A DNA stretch of 64,000 nt, taken from NCBI GenBank assembly GCA_046758965.1, contig JBHIBG010000003.1, positions 53,164 to 117,163 of the forward strand, read 5' to 3'. Source of the stretch: Candidatus Methylomirabilia bacterium. GTDB lineage: Bacteria; Methylomirabilota; Methylomirabilia; Rokubacteriales; CSP1-6. This document shows, in pieces, positions 57,475 to 64,000 of this stretch; the first letter of the stretch is position 1; the number at the start of each line of letters is the position of its first letter. The notes beneath the pieces were generated by a model, which was given only the letters and a program-made list of their open reading frames with translations, had not been told where the DNA came from and did no database searches. Both the position numbers and the translations under genes were made by a program.

Positions 57475-59528
57475 CGCCGCTCCAGCAGGAACGAGCCGTG
57501 GCGGTCGCAGTCGACGGCCCAGCGGGGCGGGATGACCACCGCCGTCGTGGCGAGCTCCACCACCGCGGGTCCGGTGAGGCGGGCCCCCCGGCCGAGCGCC
57601 AGACCGTCGTAAACCGGCGTGTCCGTAAACTCCCGCTCCTCCGCCACCCACACGCGCCGGCGGTGGCGCAGCGCGGCGGCCGCATCGCCAGGAGGCGCCT
57701 CCGGCAGGCTCGGCTTCGGCATGAGGCCCGTCGCCATGGCGCGGAGGTTCACGAGCTCGAGCGGCGTGTCAGGCAGCGCGTAGCCGTAGAGGTGGTCGTG
57801 CGCCTCGTGGAAGCGCTTGGCCACGCCGCGGAGATCGCCGACCCGGGACTCCTCGGCGAGCAATGGCACCGTGATCTCGTGGTACTGGCCGATATACCGC
57901 ACGTCACACGCCAGCGTCACGACCGCCCGCTCCCCGTGCGCACCCTCGGCCGCGAGCGCCGCTCGCCCCTCGGCGACGAGCTCGTCGACGAGGGATTCCA
58001 TCCGGCCCCGATCGAACCCCTCGAACGGCGTAACGTAGCTCCGGACGAAGTCGTGACGGAGATCGGAAAGCAGCATGCCTGCGGCGCAGAAGATGGACGA
58101 GTCGCGAGGAATGAACAGCCGCTCGAGTCCGAGCTCGCGTGCGATGCCGACGGCGTGAACCGGCCCGGCGCCGCCCGCGGCCACCAGGAGGAACTCCCGG
58201 GGATCCTGGCCGCGCTCCACGCTGACGTGCCGGATCCCGGCGGCCATGTTCGCGTTGATCACCTCGAAGATGCCGGCCGCTGCCTCCTCCACCGAGATGC
58301 CGAGCGGCTCAGCGATCTCCGCCCGCACCACGGCGCGCGCGGCGCTCGGATCGAGCCGGAGCCGGCCACCCAGGAAATATTCCGCGTTCAGATAGCCGAG
58401 GAGGAGGTCGGCATCCGTGCATGTGGGGCGCGAGCTGCCCCGCCCGTAGCACGCCGGGCCAGGGTCCGCGCCCGCGCTCCGGGGGCCCACGCGGAGGAGC
58501 CCGCCTTCATCGATCCAGGCGACGCTCCCGCCACCGGCCCCGATCGTGTGAATCGCGAGCATCGGCAGGCCGAAGGGGTACCGGGCGATCCGGCCCTCCA
58601 CCGTCACCGCCGCCGCGCCGTCCTTTACGAGGCAGACGTCGAACGACGTGCCGCCCATGTCCACGGTGATCAGGTCCCGCACGCCATTCGCGGCCGCATA
58701 GGCGAGGCCGGCCGTGGGGCCGGCCGCCGGGCCGGACAGGAGCGTGCTCGCGGCGAGAGCGCGCGCGACCGACGGCGCGGCAACGCCGCCGTTTGACTGC
58801 ATGATCAGGAGCACGCCCCGGAACCCGGAGTCGGCGAGGCGCGCGGTGAGCCGGTCCAGGTAGCGGCCGAGCACAGGCCCGACGGCCGCGTTGATCACGG
58901 TGGTGCTGACGCGCTCGGTGAAGCGGATCTGCGGGAGGACCGCCGAGGAACGGGTGACGTACGCCTGGGCGAGGGTGGCCCGTGCCAGCTCCTCGGCCTC
59001 CACTTCATGGGCAGGGTTCGCCCATGCGTGCAGAAAGCAGATCGCCACCGCCTCCACGCCCCCCTCCACCATCCGCCTCAGCGCCGCGCCGACGTCCGCC
59101 GTGTCGAGCGGGATCGCCTCGGCGCCGGAGACCTCCACGCGTTCGGTGACGGGCAGCCGAAGCCACCGCGGGACAAGCGGCAGCGGTGGCGCGTATCGGT
59201 TGTCGTACTGAGCCTCCCGGATCCCGCGGCGCATCGCAAGCGCGTCGCGAAACCCGCGCGTGGTCAGAAGCCCGACGCGCGCGACCTCCCCGGTAAGCAC
59301 GGCGTTGGTGGTCACGGTCGTCCCGTGGATGATAAGGGTGATCTCGCCAAGGAACTCGGCGACGGTTTTCCCCTCGCCGGCCGCCAGCTCTGCGATGCCC
59401 TCGAGGAAGCCCTCGGATGGGTCGGCGGGCGTGCTCGGCGTCTTCGCCAGCCGGGGAGCGCGCGCCTCGGGCTGCAGGAAGAAGTCGGTGAAGGTGCCGC
59501 CGACATCGACTCCGAGGCGATAGGCCAT
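57471..59528 (-). CDS. Hydantoinase A/oxoprolinase family subunit
   Basis: GVDVGGTFTD, HGTTVTTN, LSGPAAG, DMGGTSFD, GAGGGS. Confidence 0.94.
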   Translation of the reverse strand: MAYRLGVDVGGTFTDFFLQPEARAPRLAKTPSTPADPSEGFLEGIAELAAGEGKTVAEFLGEITLIIHGTTVTTNAVLTGEVARVGLLTTRGFRDALAMRRGIREAQYDNRYAPPLPLVPRWLRLPVTERVEVSGAEAIPLDTADVGAALRRMVEGGVEAVAICFLHAWANPAHEVEAEELARATLAQAYVTRSSAVLPQIRFTERVSTTVINAAVGPVLGRYLDRLTARLADSGFRGVLLIMQSNGGVAAPSVARALAASTLLSGPAAGPTAGLAYAAANGVRDLITVDMGGTSFDVCLVKDGAAAVTVEGRIARYPFGLPMLAIHTIGAGGGSVAWIDEGGLLRVGPRSAGADPGPACYGRGSSRPTCTDADLLLGYLNAEYFLGGRLRLDPSAARAVVRAEIAEPLGISVEEAAAGIFEVINANMAAGIRHVSVERGQDPREFLLVAAGGAGPVHAVGIARELGLERLFIPRDSSIFCAAGMLLSDLRHDFVRSYVTPFEGFDRGRMESLVDELVAEGRAALAAEGAHGERAVVTLACDVRYIGQYHEITVPLLAEESRVGDLRGVAKRFHEAHDHLYGYALPDTPLELVNLRAMATGLMPKPSLPEAPPGDAAAALRHRRRVWVAEEREFTDTPVYDGLALGRGARLTGPAVVELATTAVVIPPRWAVDCDRHGSFLLERR

Positions 59529-59529
59529 C

Positions 59530-59943
59530 TCAGCGCACCTCGCAGAGCTCGGTGATCAGCCCGGTGGTCGCTTCGGATTCGAGAAAGGCGATCCGCCCGT
59601 GCGCTCCGGCCAGGGGGAAGCCCGGGACCACGCGCAGGCCGCGCGCGGTGACTTCGCGGAGCGCGGCGTCGAGATCGTCCACCCGGAAACAGATGTGGTG
59701 GACGCCCTCGCGGCGGGCGAGCACGGGGCCGAAGCGCTCCACGATCGGCCCCGTGTACTCGACGAGCTCGATCCGCGTCCCGCCGACGTCAACGAATGCC
59801 ACGCGCACGCCGACCTCGCTCGCCCAGCGGCCGCTCGCGCGGACGCCGAAGAGCCGCTCCCACTCTCTGATCGTCCGCTCGAGATCGTCCACCACAATCC
59901 CGACGTGCAGGACCTCGCGGAAGAGTGGTTGGTCGCGGACCAT
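59530..59943 (-). CDS. VOC family protein (methylmalonyl-CoA epimerase-like)
   Basis: HVGIVV, IELVE, GVHHICF, GAHGRIAF, ITELCE. Confidence 0.85.
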   Translation of the reverse strand: MVRDQPLFREVLHVGIVVDDLERTIREWERLFGVRASGRWASEVGVRVAFVDVGGTRIELVEYTGPIVERFGPVLARREGVHHICFRVDDLDAALREVTARGLRVVPGFPLAGAHGRIAFLESEATTGLITELCEVR

Positions 59944-59960
59944 GGCGGGCGCCGCCCGAC

Positions 59961-60488
59961 TCAGACGAGATCGCCCCGCTTCGCCCGCGCCTCGAACCGG
60001 CACGTCGGCGCTCCCGCCGCCACGCAGGCCGTCTCGCTGACATCGACAGGCCCCCCGAACACCGCCTCCGCCAACCCGCCCACCACGCCCGTGATCAGAT
60101 GACAGACCGGGGAAGCAGCGGGCCCGTGGGCCTCGGCGAACGCCGAGCGCGCCACGCTGATCACCAGCTCACGGTGTTCCAGGTCCAGCCGCTCCAGCGT
60201 GAACTCCCCCCATCCGATCTCGCGCCCCATCCGCACCATGAACTCCACGACCTGGCGCGTGTCGAGGTTGAACGCTTCGCGGTAGCGGCTGGCGGAGAGC
60301 GCAGCTCCCGTGCGACCGCCCCGCGCCATCAGCTCGCCCGCGTCTTCTCCGACTTCCGCCTCCACGGCCTTGTGGAGCGCCACGAGGGTCTCCGGCCGGA
60401 TCAGGAGATAGCGGGTGCCCTTGAACGTCAGGCATCCGCCGCGGGCGTCGTAGACGAGGTCACGGAGGATCGTATTCTCCATGGTCAA
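59961..60488 (-). CDS. Stand-alone V4R domain protein
   Basis: GWGEF, SAFAE, PVCHLITG, ETACVAAGAPTCRF. Confidence 0.85.
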   Translation of the reverse strand: MTMENTILRDLVYDARGGCLTFKGTRYLLIRPETLVALHKAVEAEVGEDAGELMARGGRTGAALSASRYREAFNLDTRQVVEFMVRMGREIGWGEFTLERLDLEHRELVISVARSAFAEAHGPAASPVCHLITGVVGGLAEAVFGGPVDVSETACVAAGAPTCRFEARAKRGDLV

Positions 60489-60624
60489 GCATGAGCTTGA
60501 TCTAGCGGTACCGCAGAGGGCATTCTATGGTGGCCTGGACCTGGCCGCAAGGACCTGGCAGATCTCCGTCGGCCCGGCATCTTCCGTCATGAAAAGCCTT
60601 GCTGGCGACTCTGCGTTACTCATT

Positions 60625-62904
60625 TCATCGCCCACTCGGTTCCCTCGCCTGAATGGCCCGGTAGACCCGCTCGGGCGTCATCGGGAGCTCGGTCAACCGG
60701 ACGCCGACGGCATCATGGATGGCGTTGGCCACCGCCGCGGAGACCGGGATCGTCCCTGCTTCGCCAAGCCCTTTGGCGCCGAAGGGGCCGGCAGGGTCCA
60801 CGCTCTCGATCAGCTGGATGACGATCTCCGGCATCTCGCCCGCCGTGAGGAGGGCGTACTCCATGAACTGCGGGTTGAGGACATAGCCGTCTCTGACGAT
60901 GAGCTGCTCGGTGAGCGCGTAGCCCAGCCCCATGTGGATGCCACCGTGGATCTGTCCCTCCGCGGCCAAGGGGTTCAGGGCACGTCCGACATCGTGGGCC
61001 GAGACGAGCTTCAGGACCTCCGCCTTCCCGGTCGCCTCCTCCACCTCCACCAGCGCGGCCTGCGCGGCAAAGGCATACGCCGCGGAAATATTTCCCCGGA
61101 AATTCTTGTCGAGCATCTCGTTCGGCGGATCGTAGAACGCCTCCGCCACGAGCGTCTGCCCTCCTTCGCGGAGGTGGCCGGCGCGCACGACCTCGTCGTA
61201 GGGAAGCCGCCGCTCCGGCACATCCCTGACGAAGATGAAGCCATCGCCCAGCTCGAGCCGCTGCGCCGGCTCATCCATGACCTCCCCCGCCATCCCCAGC
61301 AACTTGCGCCTGAGCTCAGCCGCGGCCAGCAGCGCGGCGTTGCCCGCGACAAAGGTGGTGCGGCTCGCATGCACCCCGACGTCCCACGGCTTGACCGAGG
61401 TGTCGTGGTTCACCACCTCAACCCGATCCAGCGGCACGCCGAGCGCCTCGGCGACGATCATGGCAAGCACCGTCTCGGAGCCCTGCCCGATCTCGGTGGC
61501 TCCCGTCAGCAGGGTCACCGTGCCGAAGTCGTCCAGCTTCAGGATCGCGCCACAGCCGTCGGAGCGGTATACCCGAGCCCCGCCCCCCACATGGAACATC
61601 GCCGCATAGCCGGCCCCCCTCTTCCATCCCGGTCGCGGCGCTCGCACGGGCGGCTTGGCGATCTCTTCCCGCGCCGCCTCCAGGCACTCCCGCATCGCGC
61701 ACGAGGTGATCCGGCACCCCTGGGGGGTCACGTCGCCGGGCTGGGCCGCGTTCAGGAGCCGGAACTCGAGCCGATCGATGCCGAGGCGGTCGGCCAGCTC
61801 GTCCATCTGTGACTCCACGGCGAAGGTGGACTCCAGGTTGCCGTATCCTCGCATGGAGCCGGAGTAGGGATTGTTGGTGTAAACGACGGTGGCATCGAAG
61901 CGAACGTGGGGGACGCGATAGAGCCCCGCCGTGGTGCAGAGCATCACTGAGGGCGTGGTGGAGCCCCACGAAACATAGGCGCCGTTGTCGATCACCACGC
62001 GCGCCTCCCGGGCGAGGAGCCGGCCGTCGGCTCCCGCCGCCGAGCGCATGTGGATGACGCAGGGCTCCCGCGTCGGACTTGCGATGAACTCCTCCATCCG
62101 GTCGAACACGACCCTCACCGGGCGTCTGACCCGCCGCGCCAGGAGGGCCGCGATGACATCAATCGGGTAGAGATCGAGCCCCCGGCCGAAGTTGCCACCC
62201 ACAGGCGGCTGGATCACGCGGATCCGGTCCCCGGTGATTCCCAGTGCTTGCGCGAGGTCGCGCTGGTAGAGAAACGGCGCCTGGGTGGTGGTCCACATGG
62301 TGAGGCGACCTTGGGGATCCCAGGCGGCGATGGCGGCCATGGTCCCGAGGCATGCGGGCGTCACGTAGTTGAGCCGGTAGCTCCCCTCCACCGCCGCCGC
62401 GGCCTCCGCGAAAGCCCGGTCCGGATCGCCGTGGCTGAACTCCCAGCGGAGCTTCGCCAGGTTTGTCCCAAGATCCTCCTGGACCAGCGGGGCTTCCGGC
62501 CGGAGGGCCGATTCCGGATCGAAGATGGCCGGAAGTTCCTCATACTCCACCTCGATCAGGTCGAGCGCCTCTCGCGCAACGGCTTCGGTTTCGGCGGCCA
62601 CCGCGGCCACCTCGTCCCGGATGCACCGCGCTTTGCCACGCTTGAGCGCCAGATGATCCTTGGCGAACCCGAACGGGTACTGCTCCACGCTGTCGCCGGT
62701 GATCACGGCAAGCACCCCCGGGAGCGCCTCGGCCCTCCGGGCATCGATGCGGCAGATCCGGGCGTGGGGGTAGCGGGTGCGGAGGATCTTGCCGTGCGCC
62801 ATCCGGGGGACCTCAAGGTCGTGCAGGTACCGGGTCTGCCCGGTGAGCTTTTCGGGTCCGTCGAGCTTCGGGACCCGTTGTCCGATGATCCGGAACGAAT
62901 CCAT
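60625..62904 (-). CDS. Xanthine dehydrogenase family molybdopterin-binding subunit
   Basis: RTRYPHARI, MRGYG, EIGQGSET, EGQIHGG, GPFGAKGLGE. Confidence 0.93.
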   Translation of the reverse strand: MDSFRIIGQRVPKLDGPEKLTGQTRYLHDLEVPRMAHGKILRTRYPHARICRIDARRAEALPGVLAVITGDSVEQYPFGFAKDHLALKRGKARCIRDEVAAVAAETEAVAREALDLIEVEYEELPAIFDPESALRPEAPLVQEDLGTNLAKLRWEFSHGDPDRAFAEAAAAVEGSYRLNYVTPACLGTMAAIAAWDPQGRLTMWTTTQAPFLYQRDLAQALGITGDRIRVIQPPVGGNFGRGLDLYPIDVIAALLARRVRRPVRVVFDRMEEFIASPTREPCVIHMRSAAGADGRLLAREARVVIDNGAYVSWGSTTPSVMLCTTAGLYRVPHVRFDATVVYTNNPYSGSMRGYGNLESTFAVESQMDELADRLGIDRLEFRLLNAAQPGDVTPQGCRITSCAMRECLEAAREEIAKPPVRAPRPGWKRGAGYAAMFHVGGGARVYRSDGCGAILKLDDFGTVTLLTGATEIGQGSETVLAMIVAEALGVPLDRVEVVNHDTSVKPWDVGVHASRTTFVAGNAALLAAAELRRKLLGMAGEVMDEPAQRLELGDGFIFVRDVPERRLPYDEVVRAGHLREGGQTLVAEAFYDPPNEMLDKNFRGNISAAYAFAAQAALVEVEEATGKAEVLKLVSAHDVGRALNPLAAEGQIHGGIHMGLGYALTEQLIVRDGYVLNPQFMEYALLTAGEMPEIVIQLIESVDPAGPFGAKGLGEAGTIPVSAAVANAIHDAVGVRLTELPMTPERVYRAIQAREPSGR

Positions 62905-62912
62905 TGACCTGA

Positions 62913-64000
62913 CTAGCTCACGACGCGCTGCTCGCGGAGCGCGTGCACCGTCTCCCGGGACAAGCCCAGCAGCTCGGAGAGGATCGCCTCAGTGTGCTCC
63001 CCCAGCGCCGGGGCAGCTCGTGCCTCGATCTCCATCCGGCCATCCACCTTGATCGGGCTCCCGACGGTGGGAACCCGCCCGAGGTTCGGATGTTCGAGCT
63101 CCACCACCATTCGGCGTTGGGTCACCTGCGGATCTCGGAGCACCCGGTCCACCGAGTTGATCGGTGCGGCAGGGACGCCTTCCCGGTGGAACGCCTCGAG
63201 CCACTCCGCCGTGCTCCGTGTCCGGGTCACCGCTTCGACCTCCGGGATCAGGGTCGCCTTGTGCTCGAGGCGGTGTCCGTTGGTGTCGAATCGCGGGTCG
63301 CACTCCCACTCGGTTCGCCCCAGCGCACGGCAGAAGGCGCTCCAGAACTTCTCCGCGAAGACAGCGATAACGAGGTGGCCGTCCGCGGTGGGAAGCGCCT
63401 GGTACGGCACGACCGAGGCGTGCCCCGAGCCCATCGGGCCCGGCACCTTCCCGTCAGCCCAGAAGTACTGGGCGATGTAGGTGAGGAGCGAGACCTGGCA
63501 GTCCAGCAGCGAGAGATCGATCCACGCTCCTTCCCCGGTGCGCTCGCGCCTGAAGAGGGCCCCGGCCACGGCCAAGGCTCCAAACATCCCGCCGGCCAGG
63601 TCCCCCATCGGAAGGCCCATCCGCACGGGGGCCCGTCCTTCCTCGCCGGTAATGCTCATGGTGCCCCCCATGGCCTGGAGCGCCAGGTCGAAGGCCGGCC
63701 AGTCGCGGTACGGGCCGTCCTGGCCATAGGCGGAGAGCGAGCAGGCGACGATCCGCGGGTTCGTGACCTTGAGGCGCTCGTAGTGGCACCCCAGGCGCGT
63801 CATGATCCCCGGGCGGAAGTTGTCCCACACCACGTCGGCGACTCGCACCAGGTCGAAAAAAATTTCCTGGCCGCCCGGCGTGGTGAGGTCCAGGCCGAGG
63901 CTCTTCTTGTTCCGGTTGATCGAGAGGAAGTACGCGCTCTCGCCATTGGGGAGGAACGGCGGGCCCATGGTACGCATCGGATCCCCCCCGTCCGGCTCCT
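62913..64000 (-). CDS. CaiB/BaiF class III CoA-transferase (5' end outside the window)
   Basis: NRNKKSL, DNFRPG, SAYGQDGPY, GDLAGG, APALGEHT. Confidence 0.93.
   Translation of the reverse strand, partial: EPDGGDPMRTMGPPFLPNGESAYFLSINRNKKSLGLDLTTPGGQEIFFDLVRVADVVWDNFRPGIMTRLGCHYERLKVTNPRIVACSLSAYGQDGPYRDWPAFDLALQAMGGTMSITGEEGRAPVRMGLPMGDLAGGMFGALAVAGALFRRERTGEGAWIDLSLLDCQVSLLTYIAQYFWADGKVPGPMGSGHASVVPYQALPTADGHLVIAVFAEKFWSAFCRALGRTEWECDPRFDTNGHRLEHKATLIPEVEAVTRTRSTAEWLEAFHREGVPAAPINSVDRVLRDPQVTQRRMVVELEHPNLGRVPTVGSPIKVDGRMEIEARAAPALGEHTEAILSELLGLSRETVHALREQRVVS

Overview
High-GC bacterial chromosomal window. Gene content and repeat style suggest Methylomirabilota/Rokubacteria (inference only). 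It starts at the head of the dcw cluster (mraZ-rsmH) and carries routine catabolic and transport genes: two branched-chain-type ABC systems, an amidase, an ALDH, fumC, and a 16-kb CoA-ligase/hydantoinase/molybdoenzyme cluster. The notable part is 13.9-28.6 kb. Two genes that the ORF track splits at UGA are very likely selenoproteins, each with a SECIS-like hairpin: an OsmC-like UxxT protein, and a B12/radical SAM enzyme with a C-terminal WFC-U-AEP tail that heads an rSAM-NifU-ATP-grasp operon. This locus is interrupted by two direct-repeat-bounded inserts (34-bp and 182-bp repeats). These carry a SNF2 helicase plus partner gene, a decayed integron integrase, attC cassettes with toxin-antitoxin genes and an IS91 remnant. 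Also present: a trypsin-TM-rhodanese-cNMP fusion protein, two copies of a 230-bp CTAG-bounded MITE-like element, a sigma54/IHF-controlled lipoprotein metalloprotease, and a pair of paralogous small ORFs behind near-consensus sigma70 promoters.
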